Translations under genes and position numbers: made by a program
Notes under the pieces: generated by a model
What the model saw: the letters and a program-made list of their open reading frames with translations, nothing else
Told to the model about the DNA's origin: nothing
The model's database searches: none
Virus record (IMG/VR): IMGVR_UViG_3300026097_000017
Coordinates: 16,074-80,073 of that record
From: a virus
Strand: one strand, 5' to 3'
DNA: 64,000 nt
Part shown: positions 35,544 to 45,426 of the stretch, piece after piece
Layout: each line of letters starts with the position of its first letter
How positions within the stretch are numbered: position 1 is the first letter of the stretch

Positions 35544-38017
35544 TAGAAAAAGCTCTCCAGTGTACTTTGTTTCTCTACATCCCAACCAATCTTAGAGGTG
35601 ATCACCTTTAGTGGTTCTAGGAATGACTTTTCGAATTGTGTATCATAATCAATATACTTATTTAAGTCAAGCTCTTCTGGCATGTTAGACAGAATAGAGA
35701 TGACATTTTCACCGATACTATTTGGCGTTTTCAAATAACAGAATTTAATTTTCTCGCCTTCTTGGATCGGCTGATATTTTTTAGTCAATCCTTTTTTGTC
35801 AAGAAGATGATTAAACAGCAACGCACCTCTAACATGAATCGGTGTTCCTGATGAGTAGATATCTGAAGAATCAGCATACTTTGCTAATCCTTTAACTCCT
35901 CTCGGGAAAGCCACATCTTCAAACGGCATCTTTTTAAACTTCTCACGGCTATCGGTAACAAACTGATGAAGTAATGATTCGTCGCCCTCCATAATAAGTT
36001 GCAGTGCTTCTTTAATCATTTCACGGCAAGCATATGGAGTTGAAGATTTTACAGCCTCAATACCCATCATCTTGAGTTTCGGTTCATTATACCTCACACC
36101 CTCAGAATCATGAACATTCAGAATGTATCTTTTCTTAGCAGTCCAGATACCTTTATCAGCAATAACTTCTCGAGCCATCACCATCTTGTTCTGATAGGCT
36201 CCCATATAATTCGCAAGCTCTTCATAGGACTCAGTAATAAATTTCTCAAATCTTTCTTCACAAACAGTATTCAAAAAATCGACTGGACTTTTAGGATTGA
36301 ACTTTTTGACCAACTCATCCATGCGGACATAGATAGAATCAGTATCAATCGCAATCACATAATCTTCATCAGTGCCCAGCAACTTGTTCATGTACTGGTT
36401 TACTTTCTTTTCAATCCATCTGATTGAGAGTTGTCCTGAGATGGTGATTGCTTCTCCGAGTTTGACGTCGAAGAATCTGAAGTATTTGTTTCCGATTGCT
36501 CCATAGGCTGAGTTGAGGGAGATTTTTTTTGCCATCTGGATGTTATGGTATTTAGATATTGAGTTGCGTAGGCGAATCTTCTCCTTCTCATCAGCTGTAC
36601 CTTTCTTGCTTTCCAGTTCCTTCTGCGCATTGATCATTTCCTTCTTATAGAAAACACGATCATTGTACATCTTCTGCATCAATTCAGGCAAGAACCCTTG
36701 GAAGTCCTTGCGGAAATAGTGACCATTTGCCGCCAAGCAGTATTCAGTTTCATTAGGATATTGTTCAGTCAAAAGTTTATTAACAGAGGTGTCAATATGT
36801 TTGCCTTCTACCAAAGTATCAGGCGAAATATTATACTGCATCATTAAGTGAGGATACAGACTATTTAGGTCAAAGGAGACAACCCAGTCGTGCATTCCGA
36901 CTTGCGGTTCTTTTACATAAGCACCTTCAATCTGACCATCTTTATCCCGATCCTCCATTTGAGGAACAACAACATTTTTAGAAAGTAGATGGTTATGAAT
37001 GATTGTGTCCCACATCCGAACCTGTGTCATCACATCATTTAAATTCACCTTTGCGTCATACGCAAGAGCAAGCGCAAGTTCAATCAGCTTCAGCTTATCG
37101 TCTAGTTTCTGAACCAACTCAACGTCTTTGATGTTGTATTCAATAAACTTCTGATAGTCTTCTTTGTATAACTGGTGAAGAGAGTTGTATTCAGAATAAT
37201 CAATCTTCTTTTCACCGAGCTCTACGAAAGCGATATTATCCAACCGATATGATTCTTGCTGAGTATAAGTAAACTTCTTATACATTTCAAGATAATCCAA
37301 ACTAACGATGCCGCAAAGAACATACGCATAGTTCTGCCTGTTCATCAGTCTCACGATGCGCTCTTCAACCTGCCCCCAAGGAGAAAGTTTTTTAGCCATG
37401 CGTTCATCAAACTTCTTTTCAATGCGACGATACAGATAAGGAATATCAAAGAACTGAGTGTTCCAGCCTGTGATGATATCGACATCCATTTTCTGCCACA
37501 TATCAAGGAATTTGAGTAACAGATCATTCTCATTATTACAACGAATGTAACGGACATCTTCCCTATGCTGCTTGTATTCGCCTATACCGAGAACCCAATA
37601 AACTCCTTTAAAGTATATCGTGATTGCAGTGATCGGCTCAGCAACGTCCGCAGGATCAGGGAAACCAGACTCAGAGCCAACCTCAATATCAATATTGGCG
37701 ACTCTAATTAAGTTTACATCGTAATCAACTTTAGGATATTGTTCATTGATAAAACAATATTCATATTTGTTAGACCCATAGATTTCAAAGTTTTGTATAT
37801 CACCATATTTGGCAATAAATTCTTTGGCATCTGAAATGGTGCCTTGTTTGACAGGTTCAACAGGAATACCTTTAACTGTTTTGAAGTTAGAAGGTTTGTT
37901 GGTCGGGATGTAGAGTGTTGGTGAGTAAGGAACACGTTCGTGGAACCGCTTTCCGTTGCGATAACCACGAACGTAGATTTTATCACCTCTACGAAGAAAG
38001 TTCGTATAAAATTCCAT
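35543..38017 (-). CDS. 43: family B DNA polymerase (T4 gp43)
   Basis: Exo 'DIEV', 'SFDLNSLYP', 'KISLNSAYG', 'DTDS', 'KKRY'; C-terminal STLESFF. Confidence 0.97.
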   Translation of the reverse strand: MEFYTNFLRRGDKIYVRGYRNGKRFHERVPYSPTLYIPTNKPSNFKTVKGIPVEPVKQGTISDAKEFIAKYGDIQNFEIYGSNKYEYCFINEQYPKVDYDVNLIRVANIDIEVGSESGFPDPADVAEPITAITIYFKGVYWVLGIGEYKQHREDVRYIRCNNENDLLLKFLDMWQKMDVDIITGWNTQFFDIPYLYRRIEKKFDERMAKKLSPWGQVEERIVRLMNRQNYAYVLCGIVSLDYLEMYKKFTYTQQESYRLDNIAFVELGEKKIDYSEYNSLHQLYKEDYQKFIEYNIKDVELVQKLDDKLKLIELALALAYDAKVNLNDVMTQVRMWDTIIHNHLLSKNVVVPQMEDRDKDGQIEGAYVKEPQVGMHDWVVSFDLNSLYPHLMMQYNISPDTLVEGKHIDTSVNKLLTEQYPNETEYCLAANGHYFRKDFQGFLPELMQKMYNDRVFYKKEMINAQKELESKKGTADEKEKIRLRNSISKYHNIQMAKKISLNSAYGAIGNKYFRFFDVKLGEAITISGQLSIRWIEKKVNQYMNKLLGTDEDYVIAIDTDSIYVRMDELVKKFNPKSPVDFLNTVCEERFEKFITESYEELANYMGAYQNKMVMAREVIADKGIWTAKKRYILNVHDSEGVRYNEPKLKMMGIEAVKSSTPYACREMIKEALQLIMEGDESLLHQFVTDSREKFKKMPFEDVAFPRGVKGLAKYADSSDIYSSGTPIHVRGALLFNHLLDKKGLTKKYQPIQEGEKIKFCYLKTPNSIGENVISILSNMPEELDLNKYIDYDTQFEKSFLEPLKVITSKIGWDVEKQSTLESFF

Positions 38018-38024
38018 GATGTAA

Positions 38025-38053
38025 ATTATAACTCAGTTGAAGAATGAAAGCAA
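38025..38053 (-). promoter_or_regulatory. sigma70-type promoter of gp43 (likely leaderless transcript)
   Basis: TTGCTT-N17-TATAAT, 7 nt before the ATG. Confidence 0.75.
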
Positions 38054-38058
38054 GGACT

Positions 38059-38493
38059 TTAACTATTTTCTTCCCTGTATGCATCCAAAGTCTTCTTGAA
38101 TTTATTTGCGTGAGATCTTTCTGCTTTTGCTAGAGTCTCAAACCAATCAGCAATTTCATCATAACCTTCATCACGAGCAGTCTTAGCCATTCCTGGATAC
38201 ATGTCTGTATACTCATGAGTTTCACCTGCAATAGCAGACTCAAGAGCCTCTTCAACAGTTTTAGCTGGCAATCCAGTTTCAGGATCTCCTGCTCCACCGT
38301 CGATGAGATATTCCATATGTCCATGCGCATGACCAGTTTCGCCTTCCGCAGTATTACGGAAAACGTTCGCTACATCTGGTGCACCTTGTACGTCAGCTTC
38401 ATTAGCAAAGTACAGGTAGCGACGGTTGGCTTTAGACTCACCTGCGAATGCATCTTTCAATGCTTGTTCAGTTTTAGTACCTTTCAAACTCAT
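38059..38493 (-). CDS. rubrerythrin (short, no rubredoxin domain)
   Basis: 'AFAGESKANRRY', 'GETGHA', 'GETHEYTDMYP', 'AERSH' diiron ExxH pairs. Confidence 0.92.
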   Translation of the reverse strand: MSLKGTKTEQALKDAFAGESKANRRYLYFANEADVQGAPDVANVFRNTAEGETGHAHGHMEYLIDGGAGDPETGLPAKTVEEALESAIAGETHEYTDMYPGMAKTARDEGYDEIADWFETLAKAERSHANKFKKTLDAYREENS

Positions 38494-38518
38494 AATATTT
38501 CCTTATGTTAAAGTAGAA

Positions 38519-38983
38519 TTAAGCGTTAATCCCTTCACTATATTGCGTCTTTCCGTCTACGCGAGAGGCTGTGAGAATAGACTTTCGATTATCCCCATCA
38601 GCTTTATACGATACATGTACCCAACCACTATCAGGGATACCAGGAGTATAAAACTCGAGAATGAGCTGATCAAAGTCAAGATTATCTCTAATCCACTCAG
38701 CAAGCTCCGCATTAGGAGTCCCTGGGACTTCAATATCTGCCGCTTCACCCTTGCAATGCTGAGATCGAGAAGATCCCCCCACAGCATCATTAAGGTCGGG
38801 AGAGCGATAACCACTATTAATAACAGTTGGACCAAAATGGTCACGAACTTTTTGAACGACGTTTTCAAATAATGCAACAGCTGCATCCATGTGTTCTCCT
38901 TGTGGAGTATTATCAATACCTTTGCGCTCAGCAGTTTGAGACTTAGTAAATTCAGCGAGTGAAAAATTTTCAGAAAGTTTCAT
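38519..38983 (-). CDS. peptidase M15A (putative endolysin)
   Basis: 'SGYRS..LN.AVGGS..SQHCKGEAADI...WVHVS'. Confidence 0.9.
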   Translation of the reverse strand: MKLSENFSLAEFTKSQTAERKGIDNTPQGEHMDAAVALFENVVQKVRDHFGPTVINSGYRSPDLNDAVGGSSRSQHCKGEAADIEVPGTPNAELAEWIRDNLDFDQLILEFYTPGIPDSGWVHVSYKADGDNRKSILTASRVDGKTQYSEGINA

Positions 38984-38995
38984 ATCTTCTCCTGT

Positions 38996-39020
38996 AAATG
39001 GGAGTCCCGAAGGACTCCCT
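38996..39020 (-). terminator. UUCG-capped hairpin terminator after hsp20
   Basis: GGGAGTCC-TTCG-GGACTCCC-ATTT. Confidence 0.75.
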
Positions 39021-39036
39021 ATTAGTTAACCAAAAA

Positions 39037-39468
39037 CTATTTGATTTCTACAGTTTTGGGTTTCTTAGCTTCTGGAATAATACGCTCCAAAGCAATCTTT
39101 AGCATGCCGTTGAGCATTTCCGCATTTTGAACCTCGACAGCATCGTTCAAATTGAACGTGCGAGTAAATGGACGGAAAGCCAGACCTTGATATAAAAATT
39201 CGTTTTTGTCATCCTGCGCAGCATTACCTTTGACAGTTAGCTTATCGCCTGCTACATTGATTTCAATATCAGTCTTTCCGAAACCAGCAACAGCCATTTC
39301 AATGACATATGTGTTTTCATCAGTTTTCTTGATATTGTATGGTGGATAGTTGGGAATGTTTTTAGACATGTTGTCATGAAACTCATTGAGTTTGTTAAAA
39401 ACATCGTCATAACCAATTAGAAACTTATCAAGATCTTTATGCGTAAATGTTGGAAGTAATGTTGTCAT
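39037..39468 (-). CDS. small heat shock protein (Hsp20/IbpA-like)
   Basis: 'NYPPYNI', 'IEMAVAGF', 'NGMLKI.LERIIPE'. Confidence 0.95.
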   Translation of the reverse strand: MTTLLPTFTHKDLDKFLIGYDDVFNKLNEFHDNMSKNIPNYPPYNIKKTDENTYVIEMAVAGFGKTDIEINVAGDKLTVKGNAAQDDKNEFLYQGLAFRPFTRTFNLNDAVEVQNAEMLNGMLKIALERIIPEAKKPKTVEIK

Positions 39469-39527
39469 ACTCTTCTCCTTTTCAGCGAGTTAACAATTAA
39501 GAGTCCCATTAGGCGACTCAATTTTAT

Positions 39528-39758
39528 TTAGGCTGCTTTAGCCAATTCAACCTGTTGTTCAACTTTATCGTCATTAACAGGTGTTTTGTCTAACCATACA
39601 GGATGTTCCTCATCCATAATGGCTTGGACTAGTTCGCTGTAAGACCAGTGCTTAAAATCACTATTATATGCCTTTAAATGTTCAGCGAGTCTAAATGCGG
39701 CTTGTAATTTGCGCGCATGAATTATGGAATCATAGATTCCACGAAAAAAGTTCAGCAT
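39528..39758 (-). CDS. hypothetical protein
   Basis: Start at MLNFFRG (39758) with AGGAG RBS. Confidence 0.65.
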   Translation of the reverse strand: MLNFFRGIYDSIIHARKLQAAFRLAEHLKAYNSDFKHWSYSELVQAIMDEEHPVWLDKTPVNDDKVEQQVELAKAA

Positions 39759-39771
39759 TGTGTGCTCCTGT

Positions 39772-40176
39772 TTACTTTTTCTTGCCAATATTGTACTTGG
39801 CAACTAAATTCCACTCTTCACGTTCCTTGTAAGGAAGGATTTTAATTTGTGAGAGTGGGCTCGTTGGTGTAGCCGTTTTTGACGGATCCACCAAATCAAT
39901 CAACTCCCATTCGGCGAGAAGATTGATTACAGTATTCCGTCTGGCCATGTCATCTTCATTTGGCCAGTTAGTTGGTTTACCATCGAGAGCAAACAGTTCT
40001 TTAAAATGAACTATAAAATATCTGCCTTGCTTGTGTAGAATATGACAAGATTGAAATAATGTCTTATCTTTCTTTGAAGCAATGCCGATGCGAGTCAAAG
40101 TCTCTCGCACTTTCAAAAAGTCATCCTGTTCTTTTAATTTTATCTCAATCATTGAAGACATATCAAAGATTGTCAT
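39772..40176 (-). CDS. regA: RegA translational repressor
   Basis: 'DFLKVRETLTRIGIAS...QSCHILHKQG.YFIVHFKELF.LDG'. Confidence 0.96.
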   Translation of the reverse strand: MTIFDMSSMIEIKLKEQDDFLKVRETLTRIGIASKKDKTLFQSCHILHKQGRYFIVHFKELFALDGKPTNWPNEDDMARRNTVINLLAEWELIDLVDPSKTATPTSPLSQIKILPYKEREEWNLVAKYNIGKKK

Positions 40177-40547
40177 TTCATTCCACCTTTATCAAGTTTT
40201 GTTTTTATTAATTTTATTTGTTCTTTGGTGAGAACTTTCTCAGCGTCACATGCCTTAGTGTAAGAATAATTATAATATTCCATAAGCATTTCTACTGTGG
40301 CAGACTTACTTTTTTTATGCCATCCGAAACGTTTTCTTTTACGAACAGTATTTAGTAAAAACTCATATTGTAATTTATTGTCAATATGGTGGTAGAAATT
40401 CATCTCATTGCCATGATGCACAGTATCAATATGCATTGACATGGCACGATTAACAAGGAAGGAAGAATATTCTTTCTCCGCTTGCTTGTCAGTCATCAAA
40501 TCCTTTTTACTTTCATTGATAGAATTTACAAAATCAAATGGATTCAT
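40173..40547 (-). CDS. 62: clamp loader small subunit (gp62)
   Basis: 'PFDFVNSIN', 'Y..FLVNRAMS', 'RKRKRF'; synteny. Confidence 0.88.
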   Translation of the reverse strand: MNPFDFVNSINESKKDLMTDKQAEKEYSSFLVNRAMSMHIDTVHHGNEMNFYHHIDNKLQYEFLLNTVRKRKRFGWHKKSKSATVEMLMEYYNYSYTKACDAEKVLTKEQIKLIKTKLDKGGMK

Positions 40548-40714
40548 AATCCCAATAATCCCCAACCGTGATTGGCTACAGCATTTAGGATAATAAAAAT
40601 CCCAACAAAAAGCTCGAACACCACAATAATAGTACGAACGATTGCAACTCTGTCAGCTTTACTGTCATCATCATATGCCTTAGATCCTAATGCTTTAGCC
40701 CAAATATTCCACAT
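40544..40714 (-). CDS. small membrane protein
   Basis: 'MWNIWAKALGSKA...AD.VA..RT' followed by a TM. Confidence 0.7.
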   Translation of the reverse strand: MWNIWAKALGSKAYDDDSKADRVAIVRTIIVVFELFVGIFIILNAVANHGWGLLGL

Positions 40715-41652
40715 TATTGAAACGCACATTCTGACATAATTTCAGTCAGACATGCTACGAGATTAACTTCTTGATCCGCAACGAATGCAGACTTGTAAGA
40801 ATACTCAGCGACTATCAAGACCAAAGATGGTACTGATTCAGGTTTCATGTAATCAGTTGCGGAGTCATATAGTTTACGATACATCATGACAGGATCATTG
40901 TCAATATTTTCCACAACCCATTTACGAACTTCTTTGAAGTTCCTTTCTTTCATGTGTTGTATTAGACTTTTGATAGATACATCTACTAAATTTACTAGAA
41001 TACCTGTGTCTATCTTTCCTGACACTGAATACCGCTGTAATTCATTCAGCACCCGACGGAAGTCAGGGAAGTGCTTCATGATTACCTGAGCAACAACCTT
41101 TTCTTCATACTCAATATGTTCTTGAGAAAGAATCCCATGAATACGCTTCATCAGCTGAGCTGCTAATTTTGGCTTTTCATTGTTAGGAATCTTGAACTCT
41201 ATTACTGAGCACCTTGAATGGAGAGGAGATATAATGCGGTTAGCAAAATTACAAGTAAGTATAAACCCACAATTATTACTAAACTCCTCCATAAAGTTGC
41301 GAAGAGCAGGCTGAGTAGATTGGGGATTGAGATAATCAGCCTCATCAAGGATGACATACTTACGACCACCATCAAAACTGACAGTGCTAGCAAAATTACG
41401 AATGTCATTCCGAAGAGTATCGATGTTTCCATTCATTGAACCATTGATAATAATATAATCACAACCGAGTTCTTCTAGCATGGCGCGAGCAACTGTAGTT
41501 TTGCCCATACCTGCTCCACCTGTGAGAAGAAGGTTAGGAACGTTTCCCTGTTTAATGAACTCTTTAAACGTTTCCTTCATCTCAGGTGAGAGAATCGTAT
41601 CATCCACTGTGCGTGGGCGATACTTCTCTACCCATAAAAAATCATCTCTCAT
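40714..41652 (-). CDS. 44: clamp loader large subunit (gp44)
   Basis: 'LWVEKYRP', 'GMGKTT', 'LDEADY', 'SRC'. Confidence 0.96.
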   Translation of the reverse strand: MRDDFLWVEKYRPRTVDDTILSPEMKETFKEFIKQGNVPNLLLTGGAGMGKTTVARAMLEELGCDYIIINGSMNGNIDTLRNDIRNFASTVSFDGGRKYVILDEADYLNPQSTQPALRNFMEEFSNNCGFILTCNFANRIISPLHSRCSVIEFKIPNNEKPKLAAQLMKRIHGILSQEHIEYEEKVVAQVIMKHFPDFRRVLNELQRYSVSGKIDTGILVNLVDVSIKSLIQHMKERNFKEVRKWVVENIDNDPVMMYRKLYDSATDYMKPESVPSLVLIVAEYSYKSAFVADQEVNLVACLTEIMSECAFQ

Positions 41653-41669
41653 AATATAGACCTCAAAAA

Positions 41670-42341
41670 TTAAGAATTATACTGGGAATTAGATTCTAAA
41701 GCAATCCAGTATTCTAAATTTGCATCAACTGATTTAAAATGCGAGATACCCTTTGAAGAGATCTGTACATTATAATCACCGTTGATCAGTTTGAGGTTTT
41801 CAGTTTTAAAGATCATGCGGAACTCAGCATCAGTTTCACCAACTGTCATGGAGAATGTGTCACTTGAGTCATTCTTAACATCAAGAGCAGTCAACTTGAT
41901 AGTTTCACCATCACCCACTACAGCGATTTCAGGCAAACTCATCACACCACAAGCACGTTGTACTTTCTGCAAAATATCATGACTCAGCTGGAACTGAATC
42001 TCTGCCTCAGGGAAGTTGGGACTCTTCTCTGGTGGCTTAGTGATGATAGATTCATCAGCATAACCATAGCGAGTCTTTTGCCCATTGTTATCTACAATCT
42101 CTAGACTAGTGTCATTCACATTCACTTCTGGCTCTTCGAACAAGTCAAGAACAGAAATGAAACGATTTAGTTCGTAGATACCAAAGTTGCGTTCAAAGTT
42201 CTCATCAACCTGCGCTTTGGCTAGAATATTTTTTCTAGGAGAAACTGTTGCCAGCGTATTTCCTTCTTTGAACATCATACTAGAATTAATAGTAGAAAAG
42301 TTCTTCAGGATGTTAATTGTATTTTCACTAATTTTCATCAT
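41670..42341 (-). CDS. 45: sliding clamp (gp45)
   Basis: 'LKNFSTINS', 'FGIYEL..F', 'YWIALE'; synteny. Confidence 0.93.
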   Translation of the reverse strand: MMKISENTINILKNFSTINSSMMFKEGNTLATVSPRKNILAKAQVDENFERNFGIYELNRFISVLDLFEEPEVNVNDTSLEIVDNNGQKTRYGYADESIITKPPEKSPNFPEAEIQFQLSHDILQKVQRACGVMSLPEIAVVGDGETIKLTALDVKNDSSDTFSMTVGETDAEFRMIFKTENLKLINGDYNVQISSKGISHFKSVDANLEYWIALESNSQYNS

Positions 42342-42345
42342 TACC

Positions 42346-43203
42346 TCACTTCTTCATTTTTTCAATCATATTTTGATCAGCTGTAGGAGATGCCCCAACA
42401 GCAGCCAATGCTTGTAGTGTTCCACCAAAAATGTACATACCTACATGCTTCAGTTCCATCCAAGGCAGATACCAAACTTTGGAATCTGATTCCCTCGCAT
42501 ATTGACAGAACATGTAATCTTCAGAAAGATAACGTTTAGTTTTGTCATCAATCAATGCTTGGAAGTACATCATGATTTCACGAGAGCCATCAAAGTTTTT
42601 CGTACGAACATGGTCAGGTTTGTATGAATAGTCTGGCCATTTTTCAGCAAACCGATTAAACACCTTCTTCTTAATCATCATGAATCCTGTACCACCCTCA
42701 AGCACTTCGACAGGTTCATTCAGTTTAATTTCAGTAGTTCCTGGAACTGGGTTGAAAACATAATCCCCAACAAAAGCATCTAGTGCTGAGGGATTGTCAT
42801 CAGCATACCCCTTATCGACAGCTTTAGCAACCTTTTCCCATGCGATAGTTTTCTTAGGATATGGACCACAGAGAACATCATATTCATTATTCTCATCTTC
42901 ATCATCCATCATTGCTGCCATGGTTAGGATATAGTTCGGATCAAATCCGATGTCACTATCAATAAACATGAGATGAGTACAGTCAGAACGAATGAACTCA
43001 TCAACCAAATAGTTGCGAGCACGTGTAATCAGTGACTCATTAAACAAGTAGAAAAACCGCACATCAATACCATACTTGGCTGCCAACGTAGCAAGTTCTG
43101 TACACGATTTAGTGTAAACCCCAGCACATTGTCCACCATACATTGGTGTCGCAACGAAGATTTTTTTCTTTCTCAACTCATCAACAGAAATTTCAACTTC
43201 CAT
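42346..43203 (-). CDS. GT-A-fold glycosyltransferase-like protein
   Basis: 'VATPMYGG', 'ESLITRARN', 'FIDSDI', 'GTGFM', 'LSEDY.FC'. Confidence 0.75.
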   Translation of the reverse strand: MEVEISVDELRKKKIFVATPMYGGQCAGVYTKSCTELATLAAKYGIDVRFFYLFNESLITRARNYLVDEFIRSDCTHLMFIDSDIGFDPNYILTMAAMMDDEDENNEYDVLCGPYPKKTIAWEKVAKAVDKGYADDNPSALDAFVGDYVFNPVPGTTEIKLNEPVEVLEGGTGFMMIKKKVFNRFAEKWPDYSYKPDHVRTKNFDGSREIMMYFQALIDDKTKRYLSEDYMFCQYARESDSKVWYLPWMELKHVGMYIFGGTLQALAAVGASPTADQNMIEKMKK

Positions 43204-43204
43204 A

Positions 43205-43708
43205 CTATTTCCTTTTCAATTTTTTAGCTTGACGTACAGCTCTATCTAAATGAATTTTATTGGCTCTTTGTTTAAACACGATTCCATCTAAATGATCATA
43301 CTCGTGCTGAAAGATTCTAGCAGTCAAGCCAGAGAACTTTTCTGTATGTGTCTCACCATTCGCATCTCGGAAACGCACACGGATTCCCAAAGGTCTTTTA
43401 ATTTTAACCCATAATTGTTTAAAAGTCAAGCATCCTTCTTCATAATAATCAGTTTCTTCGCTGAAGTCGACTATCCTAGGATTAAACACTGGAATTATGG
43501 ATTCAGGTTGGTCAGGATTACCTATGATAAACACTCTAAGTGGAATCCCTGCTTGAATAGCAGATAGACCAATACCTTTGTTTGCACACATAGTATCAGT
43601 TAAGTTCTGAATTAACTCTTTAGGATCTGTTTGTGGATTATCAAAATCAAACATTTCAGAAACAGATTTTATTTTAGGATCTGTATCTGGTATCAAATCA
43701 AGTATCAT
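43205..43708 (-). CDS. def: peptide deformylase
   Basis: Three PDF motifs: GIGLSAIQ, EGCLT, QHEYDHLDG. Confidence 0.95.
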   Translation of the reverse strand: MILDLIPDTDPKIKSVSEMFDFDNPQTDPKELIQNLTDTMCANKGIGLSAIQAGIPLRVFIIGNPDQPESIIPVFNPRIVDFSEETDYYEEGCLTFKQLWVKIKRPLGIRVRFRDANGETHTEKFSGLTARIFQHEYDHLDGIVFKQRANKIHLDRAVRQAKKLKRK

Positions 43709-45426
43709 TATGCCACCATCTTACTATAATTACCTTTCTTCTCAAATCGAATCACATCATTGAACCGATCCTGAAGAACATCACCTTTATGACTGATCAC
43801 GAAGACATTAGTTTCTTCACCAAACGCACGAAGAATCTTCATGAAATCTTCAGTACCATTCCCATCCAAACTACTGTCAAAGACTTCGTCTAGAATTAGT
43901 AGATTTGTACTCACTGAGTTTTTGAGCTTTGCGACGGATCTCCAAGTAAATAGGAGAGATAGATCAATCCGCATTTTTTCACCTTCTGAGAAGGAAGCAT
44001 AACTAAACTCATTCCGATATCGACTGTTAATTGTTTCACTGAAGTTCTCATCAAGTTCAAAGTTGATATAGAAGTCCATTGAAGCCAAGTATTTATTCAC
44101 CAACTTGTTAATAATAGGCACATACTGCTTAATAATTTTAGTTTTAATTCCTGAGTCTTTCAACATCATAGCAGCGAGATTCATCACTTCCCTTTCTTCT
44201 GACAAAACTGACTTGGTTCTCATCAGTCCTGTACCTTCTTCTACTAGAGCTTGCAATTTATCTTGCTCAGGTTGTACACCAGTATCATCATTCGTTGATA
44301 GAGATTGTATCTGTTTTTGAACCTGCCCGATGAAATGATTTTTCGAAGATATTTCAACATTATACTCCGAAATATTTTTTTGTAAAGTATTAATTTCATC
44401 AAGTATCTTTTGACGTTCATCTAGTTTCTCCGCAAGTTCAGTGATTTTTTTCTGTAACTCTTTATCAGCTTTATCCAACTCAGATATTTTATTTTCGTTG
44501 GTCTCGATAATTTCTTGCTTAAACTCAGATTGAATCTCTTGCTTACAACTTGGACAGTTATCATTTTCAGCATAGAACTTTTTCTCTTTCTTAGCTTGTT
44601 TGATTTTCTGCTTCAGATCAAAATCTATTTCATTAGCTTTGCCTAGTCTGGTTTCCACTTCTCGAAAGTTGTCGGTACTTTTCCCAAGTTTCTCAATTTG
44701 TTGTTGAACCTTATTCGTTTTGCCCTCAAGAGCACTAATTTCTTTTTCAGTGTCTGATATGACTTTCTCATACTCTTTTTTCTTTTTCTCGTTATCATTC
44801 TTTAGAGTTTTGATATAGTCCTTTTGTAGCTTCACCTTCTCTTCAGTCAATGCGATTGCATTTTCATTTTGAGTTGTTCGCTCTTTTAGATCGGCAACTT
44901 TTTGCTTCAGAACTACATTCATCCTTGAAAAGATTTCAATATCAAGTAGATCTTCAATCACTTCACGACGATGCCCTGCTGGCAACTGCATGAATGGTAC
45001 GAATGCTGATGAACCAAGTATTACAATCTGAGTAAATGTTTTGAAGTTTAACTTCAGTATGTTTTTCTCAAGATATTCCTGCTGATCTCTCATAGCAGCT
45101 TGTTGATTCAATAATTCACCATTGATATAAATCTCAAAGATGACAGGCTTCAAACCACGTATGACTTTGTAATCACGATTACCGATACGAAACTCAATTT
45201 CAGTAACCATGTCTCGATTGTTTGATGTATTCATCAACTGTGGTTTGTTAATCTTTCGGAATGGCTTACCAAACAAACTGAATGTCAAAGCATCCAGCAT
45301 AGTTGATTTACCAGCACCATTTTGCCCCACAACTAAACAGCTTGGTTTATCGTCTAATTGTAGTTCCGTGAATGTATTTCCTGTTGAAAGAAAGTTCTTC
45401 CATCTAATCGTCTTGAAGTGTATCAC
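43708..45426 (-). CDS. 46: recombination ATPase gp46 (Rad50/SbcC-like)
   Basis: 'GQNGAGKST', CPSC hook, 'FSEGEK', 'LDEVFD'. Confidence 0.96.
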   Translation of the reverse strand: MIHFKTIRWKNFLSTGNTFTELQLDDKPSCLVVGQNGAGKSTMLDALTFSLFGKPFRKINKPQLMNTSNNRDMVTEIEFRIGNRDYKVIRGLKPVIFEIYINGELLNQQAAMRDQQEYLEKNILKLNFKTFTQIVILGSSAFVPFMQLPAGHRREVIEDLLDIEIFSRMNVVLKQKVADLKERTTQNENAIALTEEKVKLQKDYIKTLKNDNEKKKKEYEKVISDTEKEISALEGKTNKVQQQIEKLGKSTDNFREVETRLGKANEIDFDLKQKIKQAKKEKKFYAENDNCPSCKQEIQSEFKQEIIETNENKISELDKADKELQKKITELAEKLDERQKILDEINTLQKNISEYNVEISSKNHFIGQVQKQIQSLSTNDDTGVQPEQDKLQALVEEGTGLMRTKSVLSEEREVMNLAAMMLKDSGIKTKIIKQYVPIINKLVNKYLASMDFYINFELDENFSETINSRYRNEFSYASFSEGEKMRIDLSLLFTWRSVAKLKNSVSTNLLILDEVFDSSLDGNGTEDFMKILRAFGEETNVFVISHKGDVLQDRFNDVIRFEKKGNYSKMVA

